Source: a virus (taxonomy: Duplodnaviria > Caudoviricetes). Taken from it: DNA of 64,000 bases. The DNA is taken from the IMG/VR virus record IMGVR_UViG_3300037466_003369, positions 1-64,000 of that record. One strand, 5' to 3'. Shown one piece after another: positions 17,588 to 28,031 of the stretch. The notes below the pieces were generated by a model. That model was given only the letters and a program-made list of their open reading frames with translations, was not told where the DNA came from and made no database searches. A program made the translations under genes and the position numbers. Each line of letters begins with the position of its first letter. Positions within the stretch are counted from its first letter, which is position 1.

Positions 17588-18010
17588 ATGGCGGTAGTCG
17601 CCTTCGACTACAACACCTGGATCACCCGGTTCCCGGAGTTCACCACGACTCCGAACATCGCGACGCTCGCGCCGCTGATGTTTGCCGAGGCCAGCCTGTA
17701 CGTGAGCAACACCGATGCGAGCCCGGTCACCGACCTCGGTGTCCGGGCGCTCATCCTTAATCTGGTCACGGCCCACCTCGTCTTCATCAACTACGGCGCC
17801 GGTCCCAACGGCCCCTCGTCCCTGGTCGGCCGCATCTCGTCGGCGACCGAGGGCTCCGTGAGCGTCAACACCGCCTACGCCGAGGCCAAGCCCGGCTCGC
17901 GGGCGTGGTTCGACCAGACCAAGTACGGAGCCCAGGCCTACGCGGCGCTCGGCCCCTACCGGCGCTTCCGCTATGTGCCGCAGCCCTGCGCCCCGTTCCG
18001 CCGGTGGTGA
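17588..18010 (+). CDS. Head-tail adaptor (DUF4054 type)
   Basis: FPEF, LVTAHL, VGRISSATEGSVSV, QTKYG. Confidence 0.8.
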   Translation: MAVVAFDYNTWITRFPEFTTTPNIATLAPLMFAEASLYVSNTDASPVTDLGVRALILNLVTAHLVFINYGAGPNGPSSLVGRISSATEGSVSVNTAYAEAKPGSRAWFDQTKYGAQAYAALGPYRRFRYVPQPCAPFRRW

Positions 18011-18564
18011 AGAGCGTCTCCTTCTCCGGCGGCGACAAGCTCACCAAGCGGCTGAAGGAGATCGCCAAGGGAGTCTCGCAGCCCGCGGCCCTGAAGGTCG
18101 GCTTCCTGGAGGGATCGACCTACCCCGACGACAAGGGCACGCCGACCGCGGCGGTCGCCGCGTGGCAGGAGTTCGGGACGCCGACCATCCCCAAGCGTCC
18201 GTTCTTCCGCAACATGATCCAGGAGAACAGCTACCGCTGGGGCCCGAACGTCGGAACGGCGCTGAAGTCCACCGACTATGACGCCGTCACGGCGCTGAGC
18301 CTGATGGGCATCGAGCTGCGCGACGAATTGCAGGACTCCATCCGCGAGGGCGACTTCGCCCCGCTTAGCCCGATCACCGTCATGCTCCGCGGCATGAAGT
18401 ACAATGATCCCAGCCTCGTTGTGACCGGCGCGACCGTGGGCGAGGCCGCCCGCCGCGTCGGCCTGGGGTTGACCAACTACGGGGCCCCCACCAAGCCCCT
18501 CATCGACACCTCGCACATGATCAATTCGGTCGACTTCAAGGTCGACCAGGGAGCCAACTCATGA
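18007..18564 (+). CDS. Neck/tail-completion protein
   Basis: GTG start overlapping the upstream stop; LKVGFLE, AAWQEFGT, IPKRPFFR, KPLIDT. Confidence 0.7.
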   Translation: MKSVSFSGGDKLTKRLKEIAKGVSQPAALKVGFLEGSTYPDDKGTPTAAVAAWQEFGTPTIPKRPFFRNMIQENSYRWGPNVGTALKSTDYDAVTALSLMGIELRDELQDSIREGDFAPLSPITVMLRGMKYNDPSLVVTGATVGEAARRVGLGLTNYGAPTKPLIDTSHMINSVDFKVDQGANS

Positions 18565-18995
18565 CGACCCCCATCATCAAGGCCTTCGACGTGATCAACG
18601 GTGCGCGCGGCGTGGACGCGCCTTACGTCGCCGGTGTCCTCGCCGACACGCCGCAGACTCTCACCCAGGCGAACATCCAGCTCGACACCGGGACCAAGAC
18701 CGCCACGGCCACGGCCGGCGCGGCGACCCTGAACAAGGCCTCCGGCGTGATCACCTCCGAGGCGTTGACGACCGCCGCCGGCGCCACCTACGCGCTGACG
18801 CTGACCAACAGCGACATCGTCCTGGGCGACATGGTCCTGGCCTCCGTGCAGAACGGCACGAGCACCACCGGCACGCCCTGCGTGACCACGGTCGCCGTGA
18901 GCGCCGGTCAGGTGATCGTCACCATCCAGAACATCCACGCCTCCGCGGCGCTGAACGGCACGATCAAGATCACCTTCGCGGTGCTCAAGGCCTAG
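18561..18995 (+). CDS. Putative virion structural protein (Thr/Ala-rich)
   Basis: Coupled ORF in the neck region. Confidence 0.65.
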   Translation: MTTPIIKAFDVINGARGVDAPYVAGVLADTPQTLTQANIQLDTGTKTATATAGAATLNKASGVITSEALTTAAGATYALTLTNSDIVLGDMVLASVQNGTSTTGTPCVTTVAVSAGQVIVTIQNIHASAALNGTIKITFAVLKA

Positions 18996-19000
18996 GGAGG

Positions 19001-19396
19001 ATGAACCTCCACAACATCGTTGCAGGGGCGATCTCGGCGGTCAATCCGCTGATCCATGCCAAAATCTACCCCAGCCAGGGCTATACCAAGGACTCCAGCT
19101 ACCATCAGGTCCCCGCCTACGGCGACCCCCAGGACGTCATGATCCAGGTCCAGGCGCTGCAGTACAACGACCTCGTCAAGACCGACAATATGAACATCCA
19201 GGGCGAGCGCCGGGCGATCTACCTGAACGGCGACTGGAACGGCGTGGTGCGCGCCGACAAGGCCGGTGGCGACAAGCTGGTGTTCCCGGACCATCCGGGC
19301 GGCCCGGACCGCACGTGGCTGGTGGTGCTGATCTCCGAGAACTGGCCGGACTGGACCAAGGTGATCGTGACCCTGCAGATGGACGAACATGCCTGA
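19001..19396 (+). CDS. Head-closure/neck protein
   Basis: MNLHNIVAGAISAVNP, GDKLVF, WLVVLISENWPDW; position. Confidence 0.7.
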   Translation: MNLHNIVAGAISAVNPLIHAKIYPSQGYTKDSSYHQVPAYGDPQDVMIQVQALQYNDLVKTDNMNIQGERRAIYLNGDWNGVVRADKAGGDKLVFPDHPGGPDRTWLVVLISENWPDWTKVIVTLQMDEHA

Positions 19397-19652
19397 CGAC
19401 GGCGTCGACAAGTCCCTGGCGCTGCCGGCGGCGATCTTCGTGAACAACGCCACGGCGTTCATGACGCTGGACAGCAACACCGTGCGGCTGGTGTTCACCG
19501 AGAATCTCAACACGGGCGATGCGGCGATCTTCCGCTGCAGCGTGATCATGCCGCTGGAGACCTTCCGCCAGCTCGGCGAGATGGTGGACAGCGTGGTCGA
19601 GCGCTACGAGACCCTGACCCATGGCTCGACGCCGGGATCGGCGCTCAACTAG
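19389..19652 (+). CDS. Hypothetical protein (87 aa)
   Basis: Coupled ORF with phage-like codon use. Confidence 0.55.
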   Translation: MPDDGVDKSLALPAAIFVNNATAFMTLDSNTVRLVFTENLNTGDAAIFRCSVIMPLETFRQLGEMVDSVVERYETLTHGSTPGSALN

Positions 19653-19655
19653 GCC

Positions 19656-20201
19656 ATGCCGGTCACCCTCAGCCTGACCGAGGACCAGATTTTCACAGTC
19701 CTCGGGGACTTCCTGACGTCCATCCTGCCGAGCGACGTGGAGATCGTGCGTGGCCTCGTGAACCGCGTGCCGCCGCCGACCGGCCCCGACTACATCGTCA
19801 TGACCTCCGAGTTCCGCACCCGGCTGGCCACCAACGTCACCACCTACGACACCAGCGACCCCGCGCCGACCACCCAGGCCGTCCTGGAGCCGGCGACCTT
19901 CGTTGCGCAGATCGACGTATTCGGGCCGGCCAGCGCCGACAATTCGCAGATCATCTGCACCCTCTTCCGCAGCGAGATGGCCACCACCTTCTTCGCCCAG
20001 AGCGGTTTCGACGTGCAGCCGCTCTACGTCGAGGACCCCAAGCAGATTCCCTTCTCGGACGGCGAGCAGCAGTACGAGGAGCGATGGACCATCGACGCGG
20101 TGATGCAGATCAACCCCGTCGTCACGGTCTCCCAGGACTTCGCGAACCAAGCCGTCGTCGGCCTGATCGAGGTCGACGCCTACTATCCCCCTGGAGGTTA
20201 A
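19656..20201 (+). CDS. Tail terminator/neck protein
   Basis: Immediately before the sheath; AQIDVFG, QQYEERWTIDAVMQINP. Confidence 0.65.
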   Translation: MPVTLSLTEDQIFTVLGDFLTSILPSDVEIVRGLVNRVPPPTGPDYIVMTSEFRTRLATNVTTYDTSDPAPTTQAVLEPATFVAQIDVFGPASADNSQIICTLFRSEMATTFFAQSGFDVQPLYVEDPKQIPFSDGEQQYEERWTIDAVMQINPVVTVSQDFANQAVVGLIEVDAYYPPGG

Positions 20202-20204
20202 TCC

Positions 20205-21911
20205 ATGCCCGCCAGCATTCCGGCCTCCGCCATTGTCAACGTCAATCCTGGCGTCGTCACGGCGGGCGGCTCGGCCCTCAGTCTCAATGGCGTCGTGCTG
20301 ACCGCCAGCACGCGCGTGCCCATCGGCTCCGTGCTCTCCTTCCCGAGTCAGACGGCTGTGGCGGCCTACTTCGGCGCCACCAGCCAGGAGGCGGGGATCG
20401 CCACCGTTTACTTCACCGGCTTCGAGAACAAGAATGTCACGCCGGGCGCGATCCTGTTCAGCCAGTACCCCACCTCCAACGTCTCCGCCTACCTGCGGGG
20501 CGGCGCGGTGTCCGGCCTGACGCTGACTCAGCTCCAGGCGCTCTCCGGCGTCCTGGCGGTGACCATCGACGGCACGCTGAAGACGTCGAGCGCCATCAAC
20601 CTGTCCGGCGCGACGAGCTTCACCAACGCCGCCCAGCTCATCAACCGCGCCCTGGGCGCGACGGGTCCGCAGACCGCCTCCGTGACCGGCGCCATCGCGG
20701 CCACCACGCTCACCGTCTCGGCCGTCAGCAGCGGCACACTGCACGTGGGTGACGTGCTCTCCGGCACGGGCATCACGGCCGGGACCTACATCACCGCCTT
20801 CGTGTCCGGCACGGGTGGCACGGGGACCTACACGGTCAGCGACAGCCAGACGGCCGGCTCGACCATGGTTACGGCCACGGCTCCGGTGGTCACCTTCGAC
20901 AGCATCTCCGGCGCCTTCGTGGTGACCTCGGCCACCACCGGCACGGCGTCCACCATCACCTACGGCTCCAACACTATCGCCGATGGCCTGAAACTGACCC
21001 AGGCGCAGGGCGCGGTGCTGAGCCAGGGTGCGAATACCGCCACCCCGGCGGCGGCCATGAATGCGATCATCACCCAGACCCAGAACTGGGCGACGTTCAT
21101 GACCACCTTCGAGCCGGTCACGGCCGACAAGATCGCCTTCGCGGCCTGGACCAATGGCCAGAACAAGCGTTTCGCCTACGTCATGGGGGACACCGACGTC
21201 ACGGTGACCCAGCCCAATCCGACGTCCAGCGCCGGCTACCAGATCATCCAGCTCGCCTACGACGGGACCATCCCGATCTACGAGCCCTCGGACCTCAACC
21301 ACGCCGCCTTCGTCTGCGGCTGCGTCGCGTCGCTGGACTTCACCGAGACCAATGGGCGCGCCACCATGGCCTTCCGCACCCAGGGCGGCCTCGCGCCGGG
21401 CGTGACCGACCAGACCATCGCAGCCCAGCTCTTGCTGAACGGCTACAACTTCTACGGCGCCTACGCCACGGCGTCGCAGGGCTTCGACTTCTTCTACAAC
21501 GGCTCGATCACCGGCGTGTTCGACTGGGCCGACAGCTACATCAACCAGATTCAGCTCAACGCCGCCCTTCAGCAGGCGCTGGTGAGCCTGCTGACCTCGG
21601 TCAAGTCCGTGCCCTACAACCAGCCCGGCTACGGGCTGCTGCAGCAGGCCTGCATGGACCCGATCAACGCCGCCCTGAACTTCGGTACGATCCGGGCCGG
21701 CGTGGCGCTCTCGGCGTCGCAGGCGGCGCAGGTCAACGCCGCCGCGGGCCAGAAGATCGACACCATCCTGAGCACGCGGGGCTGGTATCTGCAGATCAAG
21801 GCCGCATCGGCCCAGACCCGTGCGGCGCGCCAGTCGCCGCCGATGACGCTCTGGTACACGGACGGCCAGAGCGTGCAGCAGATCAACCTCGCCTCCATCG
21901 AAGTCCAGTAG
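20205..21911 (+). CDS. Contractile tail sheath protein (DUF3383 type)
   Basis: [64 protein letters not shown]. Confidence 0.9.
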   Translation: MPASIPASAIVNVNPGVVTAGGSALSLNGVVLTASTRVPIGSVLSFPSQTAVAAYFGATSQEAGIATVYFTGFENKNVTPGAILFSQYPTSNVSAYLRGGAVSGLTLTQLQALSGVLAVTIDGTLKTSSAINLSGATSFTNAAQLINRALGATGPQTASVTGAIAATTLTVSAVSSGTLHVGDVLSGTGITAGTYITAFVSGTGGTGTYTVSDSQTAGSTMVTATAPVVTFDSISGAFVVTSATTGTASTITYGSNTIADGLKLTQAQGAVLSQGANTATPAAAMNAIITQTQNWATFMTTFEPVTADKIAFAAWTNGQNKRFAYVMGDTDVTVTQPNPTSSAGYQIIQLAYDGTIPIYEPSDLNHAAFVCGCVASLDFTETNGRATMAFRTQGGLAPGVTDQTIAAQLLLNGYNFYGAYATASQGFDFFYNGSITGVFDWADSYINQIQLNAALQQALVSLLTSVKSVPYNQPGYGLLQQACMDPINAALNFGTIRAGVALSASQAAQVNAAAGQKIDTILSTRGWYLQIKAASAQTRAARQSPPMTLWYTDGQSVQQINLASIEVQ

Positions 21912-21924
21912 GGGACAGCCGCCA

Positions 21925-22359
21925 ATGGCAAAGACCATCACGTCCGCCAACGCGATCTTCATGTTGGCGGTCACGGGCGTCTTCGACACGCCCGTGCAGC
22001 TCCAGGGCTTCTCCGCGGACGACGTCTTCGACACCGAGGCCGTGGAACCGGCGGAGATCATGCAGGGGGTCGACGGTGTCATGTCCGCCGGCTTCATCTA
22101 CGTGCCCATCAAGCAGGGCATCACCCTGCAAGCCGACAGCGACTCCAACGACCTCTTCGAGGAGTGGTATCGCCAGCAGCAGGCGGCGGTGGACATCTTC
22201 TTCGCCCAGGGTACGGTGCGCCAGCCGGCCATCGGCAAGGCCTACACCATGACCAAGGGTGTGCTCTCCACCTATCCCTCCATGGCCGACGCCAAGAAGG
22301 TCCTGCAGCCGCGGAAGTTCGGGATCACCTGGGAGCGGATCGAGCCGGCGCCGATCTGA
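21925..22359 (+). CDS. Tail tube protein
   Basis: TITSANA, QLQGFSADDVF, LQADSDS..FEEW; follows the sheath. Confidence 0.8.
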   Translation: MAKTITSANAIFMLAVTGVFDTPVQLQGFSADDVFDTEAVEPAEIMQGVDGVMSAGFIYVPIKQGITLQADSDSNDLFEEWYRQQQAAVDIFFAQGTVRQPAIGKAYTMTKGVLSTYPSMADAKKVLQPRKFGITWERIEPAPI

Positions 22360-22760
22360 TGTCCAGGAAGGTCAAGGAGATCACCATCACGGCCGAGGGC
22401 CGTGACCAGGGGAAGACGTACCTTATCACCGAGCTGCCCGCGTCCGAGGGCGAGAAGTGGGCCATGCGGGCGCTCGCGCTCCTGGCCAAGTCCGGCGTCG
22501 AGTTGCCGGACGGCTCCGCCAACCTCGGTATGGCCGGCGTTGCACGCCTGGGCTTCGAGGCGCTGATGGGGATCAACTTCCTGGACCTGGAGCCGTTGCT
22601 GGACCAGATGATGACCTGCGTTCAGGCCGTCCCATCCTCCGGGATGGCGCGGAAGCTGGTGGAGGAGGACATTGAGGAGATCGCCACGCGGCTCGCCCTG
22701 CGGCGCGACATCTTCGAGCTGCACACCGGTTTTTTCGGGAGCGCCGGCCCCTCGACCTAG
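22359..22760 (+). CDS. Tail assembly chaperone (G)
   Basis: GRDQGKTYLITELPASEGEKWAMRAL; between tube and tape measure. Confidence 0.8.
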   Translation: MSRKVKEITITAEGRDQGKTYLITELPASEGEKWAMRALALLAKSGVELPDGSANLGMAGVARLGFEALMGINFLDLEPLLDQMMTCVQAVPSSGMARKLVEEDIEEIATRLALRRDIFELHTGFFGSAGPST

Positions 22761-22954
22761 ACCTGGGCGACGTGGCCGCCGGCAAGCTGCACGAGTACCT
22801 CAACGTGCCCCCCACCATCGGCGCCGTGATCTCCTCCCGGCTGGGGACCCTCCACGAGATGGACACGGTCTACGGCGTCGAGGACGTCTACGACCTCCTG
22901 GAGGTCATCTCCGTGGACGCCCACAACCGCCGCGCACTGCAGCCGGAGGAGTAG
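22730..22954 (+). CDS. -1 frameshift extension of the tail chaperone (GT product)
   Basis: T TTT TTC heptamer at 22730-22736 in the correct register; the -1 frame is open into ORF 22772..22954. Confidence 0.75.
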   Translation, partial: FFRERRPLDLDLGDVAAGKLHEYLNVPPTIGAVISSRLGTLHEMDTVYGVEDVYDLLEVISVDAHNRRALQPEE

Positions 22955-22957
22955 CCG

Positions 22958-25000
22958 ATGGCCACGATCATCGACGAGCTGGTGGTGCTCCTGCGGCTGG
23001 ACGGCGGCAAGGAGTTCGAGAAGGGGCAGAAGGACATCGACGAGGGTCTGAAGAAGACCAAACAGGGGGCCACGGCCACCGGCAAGGAGCTGGAGTTCCG
23101 CGCCAAGCGCTCCGTCGAGTCCTTCTCCAAGTTCCGTGACGAGGTCATCGCCCTGTTCGCCGCCTTCACGGCCGGCGTGGGCCTGAAGAACTTCGTCGCC
23201 GATACCGTGCGCTCCGAGGCCAACCTGGGCCGCATGTCCCACGCCCTGGACGTCTCCACCGAGACCCTCTCCCAGTGGCAGGGCGTCCTGAAGCGCAACG
23301 GTGGAACGGCGGAGGACGCCACCTCCGCGTTCCGCACCCTGGCTGACATCATCGCCGAGGTGCAGACCACCGGGACCACCGGCAAGGGCGGCGTGCTGAT
23401 GCGGATGGGCATCAGCGGCGGGATCAATCAGCTCCAGGACAAGGTCGGTTCGCTGTTGGAGATGGCGGACAAGGCCAGCCGCATGGACCCGCAGACGGCG
23501 TCCTTCATGTTGCGCCAGATCGGCTTCTCCGAGGCCATGGTGAACGTCATGCTGAAGGGCCGCGGGGCCCTTCAACAACTCCTGGAGCAGCAGAAGAAAC
23601 TCGGCGTCACCACCGACGCGGACGTCCGCGCCGCCCAGCGACTGCAGGACAGCCTGGAGGGCCTGAAGACCGCCTCGTCGCGGGTCGGCGCCGCGATCCT
23701 GACGGCGCTGGAGCCGGCGATGGACCTTATCGCCAAGTTGTTCACCGCCCTTGCGGAGTTCGCCCAGAACAACCAGCCTATCGTCATCGGCGCCCTGGCC
23801 GCACTCTCGGCGGCCTTCGTTGCGGTGGGCATCGCCGCCGCGGGCGCGGCCATCGCAGCTAGCCCCATCCTCGGCCCCCTCATCGTCGTCTCTGGGATCG
23901 CGCTCGCAGCCGGCGCCGCAATCGGCGTGCTCTATGAGGCCCTGATCCGCGGCGCGCACACCTTCATGGAGTTCGTGCGTCACAACAAGGCCGCGCATGG
24001 CGCCTTGGAGGAGGTCATCGCGTCCGCCCGAGACCTCTGGGGGGCGATCACCGAACTGCTCGCGCCGATGAAGCCGGTGGCCGACGCCATCGGCAATGCC
24101 TTCAGGGCGGTCGGCGACGCCATCCGCGACGCTTTCGGCTCGGCCACCGTCGCCATCGGCCGCAACTTCCTGAACTTCGTCGTCAACTCCTTCCATGCCA
24201 TCGCCGACGTCATCCGGGCGATCACCGCCCTGGTGCATGGTGATCTGAAGGGAGCCATGGCCGCCTCCCGCGATTTCCTGCGCGATTCCGTGGCCGAGAC
24301 GCCTCGCGCCAGTCGCGACGTGCCCACGTCGCAGGCCACGCCCGGTGCGGCTGCGGGTGGCGCTCCCGCCTCACAGTCTAAGACCGGTCGAGCGAACGCC
24401 ACCGAGATCGAGGCGCGGCTTCGGGCGGGTGGTCTCACCGCCGAGCAGGCCCGCGGCGTCGTGGCGGGCATCCACGCGGAGAGCGGCTTCAGGCTCAACG
24501 CCTTCAACGGCGCCGGCGGAGGCAAAGGGGCTTTTGGGATCGGCCAGTGGCGTGGTTCGCGGCTCGCGGAACTGCGTCGCCGATATGGCCCCAATCCCAC
24601 CCTGGCTCAGCAGGTCGACTTCCTGCTCTGGGAGCTGATGGGCGGCGACCGCGGAGGCCGGAAGGTACTCGGACAGAGCACCGTCACGGGCGCGATGCAG
24701 TCGTACATCCGTGACTTCATGCGCCCGGACCTGCCGGGCAGTACGGCGGCATCGGAGGGGGACATCCGGCGCGGCAACGCCTTCCTGGCGGCCAACTCCA
24801 ACCTACCCTCGCCCGGCGTGATGACCGGCGCGCGCGCCGCGCAGAGCGCCACGGCGGCGTCGGCCGCGTCACACACTGAGGTCAGCGTCGGCGACGTCAC
24901 CATCGTCACCCAGGCCCGCGACGCGGACGGCATCGCCCGCGACTTCGTGCCGGCCGTCAAGCGCCGCTTCGTGCAGCAGGTCAATCAGGGCCTCAGCTAG
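22958..25000 (+). CDS. Tape measure protein with C-terminal phage tail lysozyme domain
   Basis: ATIIDELVV, helical Ala-rich body; GVVAGIHAESG...AFGIGQW...QQVDFLLWEL. Confidence 0.85.
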   Translation: MATIIDELVVLLRLDGGKEFEKGQKDIDEGLKKTKQGATATGKELEFRAKRSVESFSKFRDEVIALFAAFTAGVGLKNFVADTVRSEANLGRMSHALDVSTETLSQWQGVLKRNGGTAEDATSAFRTLADIIAEVQTTGTTGKGGVLMRMGISGGINQLQDKVGSLLEMADKASRMDPQTASFMLRQIGFSEAMVNVMLKGRGALQQLLEQQKKLGVTTDADVRAAQRLQDSLEGLKTASSRVGAAILTALEPAMDLIAKLFTALAEFAQNNQPIVIGALAALSAAFVAVGIAAAGAAIAASPILGPLIVVSGIALAAGAAIGVLYEALIRGAHTFMEFVRHNKAAHGALEEVIASARDLWGAITELLAPMKPVADAIGNAFRAVGDAIRDAFGSATVAIGRNFLNFVVNSFHAIADVIRAITALVHGDLKGAMAASRDFLRDSVAETPRASRDVPTSQATPGAAAGGAPASQSKTGRANATEIEARLRAGGLTAEQARGVVAGIHAESGFRLNAFNGAGGGKGAFGIGQWRGSRLAELRRRYGPNPTLAQQVDFLLWELMGGDRGGRKVLGQSTVTGAMQSYIRDFMRPDLPGSTAASEGDIRRGNAFLAANSNLPSPGVMTGARAAQSATAASAASHTEVSVGDVTIVTQARDADGIARDFVPAVKRRFVQQVNQGLS

Positions 25001-25827
25001 TGTCGCTGATCCCCTTCCCGAACGTGCCGCAGGTCCCCGGCGTCCCGCAGCTCACGCGTTACGCGGGCGGCCCGTCCGTGGCGCAGATGACGTCGCTGTT
25101 CCCCGGTGCATCCGGTCTCCTGCATGAGATCGATGGCGTCTCCGCCTACCTCACGACGTCGCCGCAGGCGACCGTCAAGGACCTTTTCGCTTCGGTCCCC
25201 GGCGTCAGCTCGATCATGACGAACAATCCGGCCTTTTCGCAGATCATGAGCCTGTCGAACTTCGACGCCCTGGGCAACGGCCTCAGCCTGCTGACCGGCG
25301 ATGACCCCGGCGTGGGCTCGCTCACGGCCAGTCCGGAGTGGGGCGTCTTCGATGACGGCGGCCAGCCGGTGGCCATTGCCGATTCCTTCGTCTCCATCGA
25401 GCACATGAAGGACTGGCGGGTGGCCAATTTCCCCGTCGCGCCGAACGGTTTCGCCGCCTACAACAAGGTCGAGACCCCCTACGAGGAGCGGATCACCTTC
25501 GCCAAGGGCGGGACCCTGCAGCAGAAGGAGACTTTCCTGCAGGACATCGACGATGCGGTGGCGTCGCTCGATCTCTTCACCGTGGTCACCCCGGAGGTGA
25601 CCTACGCCAACGCCAATCTCGTCCACTACGATTACCGCCGCCAGTCGCGGCAGGGCGTGACGCTGCTGCTGGTGGAGATCGGTGTCATGCAGGTCCGCGT
25701 CTCGGCGTCGCAGACCTTCTCCAACACCAAGAGCCCGGCGGCCAATGCCGCACAGAACGGCGGCACGGTGCAGCCGCAGTCCCCGACAACGGCCCAGACC
25801 AATGCGGCGGCAGCCGGCGCGACCTGA
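25000..25827 (+). CDS. Baseplate/tube-initiator (Dit-like) protein
   Basis: After the tape measure; FPVAPNGFAAYNKVETP. Confidence 0.65.
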   Translation: MSLIPFPNVPQVPGVPQLTRYAGGPSVAQMTSLFPGASGLLHEIDGVSAYLTTSPQATVKDLFASVPGVSSIMTNNPAFSQIMSLSNFDALGNGLSLLTGDDPGVGSLTASPEWGVFDDGGQPVAIADSFVSIEHMKDWRVANFPVAPNGFAAYNKVETPYEERITFAKGGTLQQKETFLQDIDDAVASLDLFTVVTPEVTYANANLVHYDYRRQSRQGVTLLLVEIGVMQVRVSASQTFSNTKSPAANAAQNGGTVQPQSPTTAQTNAAAAGAT

Positions 25828-26126
25828 TGCTGATCGTCCCCCTGCAGCCCGTGGCGGCCCAGACGGTGCTGGTGACGCTGGCCAATCAGGCCTGCCGAAT
25901 CAACGTCTACCAGAAGCGCACCGGCCTCTACGTCGATCTCTACGTCTCCAACGCCGAGATCGTGACCGGCGTGATCGCCGAGAACGCCAACCGCATCGTG
26001 CGCTCGGCCTACCTGGGCTTCATCGGCGATCTCGCATTCTTCGACACCCTGGGGGCCTCGGACCCCTACTACACTGGTCTCGGCGCGCAGTACGCCCTGG
26101 CCTATCTTGAGGCGTCGGACCTGTGA
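25827..26126 (+). CDS. Small baseplate protein
   Basis: Coupled; IVPLQPVAAQTVLVTL. Confidence 0.65.
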   Translation: MLIVPLQPVAAQTVLVTLANQACRINVYQKRTGLYVDLYVSNAEIVTGVIAENANRIVRSAYLGFIGDLAFFDTLGASDPYYTGLGAQYALAYLEASDL

Positions 26127-27001
26127 GCTTCACCAAGCGCCACATCGACGTCCAATTCCAACTCGGCCAGGGCTCCTTCGGGGGCACGTCGCAGAACACC
26201 GTGGACGTCACCGGTCTGCGCTGCTCGGCGAATGTCTCCAAGGCGGGGGGATGGACCAACTCCACGCTTGAGCTGCGCATCTGGGGACTCTCGCTCTCGG
26301 TGATGAACGACCTCTCCACACTGGGCAAGCCGCTGCCGGCGATCCGCAACAACGTGGTCACCCTGAAGCCCCGTTCCGACGATGTCGGACCGACCGTGGC
26401 CTTCATCGGCGTCATCCAACAGGCCTGGGCGGACATGCAGGCCATGCCCGAGAGCGTCTTCGTGGTGCAGGCCACCTCCGGGATGCTGGCGCAGCTCCGG
26501 CCGCTGCCACCGACCAGCATCAACGGTGTCGCCGACGTGGCGCAGGTCGCCGCTGGCCTTGCCAATCAGATGTCGATGAACTTCACCAACGGTGGCGTCG
26601 ACATCAAAATCCCCAACCTCTACCTCTCCGGGACCGGCGTACAGCAGGTTCGCCAGCTCATGGACGTCGGCCCGATCAACTGGATCATCGAGGACAACAC
26701 CTTGGCCATCTGGCCGAAGGACGGCACGCGCGATCCAAAGGCCAATCCGGTGGTGGTCTCAGCGGACACCGGTCTCGTCGGTTATCCCAACTGGACGGCG
26801 CAGGGCCTCATGGTGAAGACCCTCTACAATCCCAACATCGCCTACGGCGCCGCGATCCAGATCACCAGCGACATCACCCCGGCCAACGGGGTGTGGTCGC
26901 CGTTCAAGATCGACCACGTCCTGGAGAGCGAGGTCCCGGATGGACAGTGGTTCTCCATGATCGAGGCCGCCGCCTTCGGTCGTCCCGCCGTCGCCACCTG
27001 A
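26123..27001 (+). CDS. Baseplate hub protein
   Basis: ELRIWGLS, TGLVGYP; position. Confidence 0.7.
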   Translation: MSFTKRHIDVQFQLGQGSFGGTSQNTVDVTGLRCSANVSKAGGWTNSTLELRIWGLSLSVMNDLSTLGKPLPAIRNNVVTLKPRSDDVGPTVAFIGVIQQAWADMQAMPESVFVVQATSGMLAQLRPLPPTSINGVADVAQVAAGLANQMSMNFTNGGVDIKIPNLYLSGTGVQQVRQLMDVGPINWIIEDNTLAIWPKDGTRDPKANPVVVSADTGLVGYPNWTAQGLMVKTLYNPNIAYGAAIQITSDITPANGVWSPFKIDHVLESEVPDGQWFSMIEAAAFGRPAVAT

Positions 27002-27672
27002 TGAGCGAAACCTATGTGGGTTTCGAGGCCCTCAACTCCGGGGCCTCCGACACCAACGCCCTGCGCTTCCTGTTCCAGCAACTCATGGCGGGGGTGTGGA
27101 CCTCCGGGCTGGTGCTGGTGAGGGCGGTGACCAATGTCGACACCCTGGACCCGGTGGGCTTCGTGGACGTCCAGCCCATGGTCCATCAGATTGACGGGCA
27201 GGGACAGATCACCCCGCACGGGACGATCCACAACCTGCCCTACTTCCGGATGCAGGGCGGGACCAACGCGGTGATCCTCGATCCCAAGGTCGGGGACATC
27301 GGCATCGCCATCTTCGCCAGCCGGGACATCTCCGCGGTCAAGACCTCCAAGCAGCCCGGCGCGCCCGGCTCCTGGCGGCGCAACGATCCCGCGGACGGCC
27401 TCTACATCGGCGGCTTCCTGAACGGCGTGCCGGCCCAGTACGTGCTGTTCAGCGACGCCGATGGGATCAAGGTGGTGAGCCCGACCAGGGTGACGATCCA
27501 GGCCCCCGACATCCAGTTCATCGGCCCGACGCATACCACCGGCGCGGTCACCGGCGACACCACCGCGACCTACGGCGGTGAGGTCACCGCCAACGGCGGC
27601 CACACGGTGAGCGCCCACACGCACGGCGGCGTGCAAACGGGCAGCGGAAGCACGGGGACGCCCACGGGATGA
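27001..27672 (+). CDS. Baseplate central spike (Gp138-like)
   Basis: VDVQP, LPYFRMQGG, DPKVGDIG; C-terminal HTHGGV metal-binding tip. Confidence 0.85.
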   Translation: MSETYVGFEALNSGASDTNALRFLFQQLMAGVWTSGLVLVRAVTNVDTLDPVGFVDVQPMVHQIDGQGQITPHGTIHNLPYFRMQGGTNAVILDPKVGDIGIAIFASRDISAVKTSKQPGAPGSWRRNDPADGLYIGGFLNGVPAQYVLFSDADGIKVVSPTRVTIQAPDIQFIGPTHTTGAVTGDTTATYGGEVTANGGHTVSAHTHGGVQTGSGSTGTPTG

Positions 27673-28028
27673 AGACGCTCCTTCTGGACACCGTCGCCTG
27701 GGACCTCGTCCTCGACGCCAGCGGCAACATCGCCCTGGCCGCCGAGCCTTATGCCCAGGCCCAGGACGCCGCCTCAGCCATCCGCACCTTCCAGGGCGAA
27801 TGCTACTACGACACCACCCTGGGCATCCCCTACTTCTCCCGCGTGCTCGGCAAGCTGCCCTCGGCCCAGTACCTCAAGGGCCAGTTCACCGCGGCGGCAC
27901 GCACGGTCCCCGGCGTGGTCACGGCGCAGTGCTTCCTCCGGGCGCTGCAGAAGCGCCAGCTCGGCGGGCAGGTCCAGATCACCAACGACCAGGGCCAGTC
28001 CGCCGTGGTCAATGTCCCGGTGGGGTAG
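27669..28028 (+). CDS. Baseplate wedge/sheath initiator (gp25/W-like)
   Basis: WDLVLDASGNIA, FQGECYYDTTLGIPY. Confidence 0.75.
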   Translation: MKTLLLDTVAWDLVLDASGNIALAAEPYAQAQDAASAIRTFQGECYYDTTLGIPYFSRVLGKLPSAQYLKGQFTAAARTVPGVVTAQCFLRALQKRQLGGQVQITNDQGQSAVVNVPVG

Positions 28029-28031
28029 CGC

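Noticed and set aside
8433-22097. Very long - strand ORFs (8433..10835, 13205..16045, 16009..17481, 19176..22097)
   Set aside because: They are antisense shadows of GC3-biased + strand genes (rich in V/G/D/L/R/H, no motifs, no RBS); the + strand ORFs have clear family motifs
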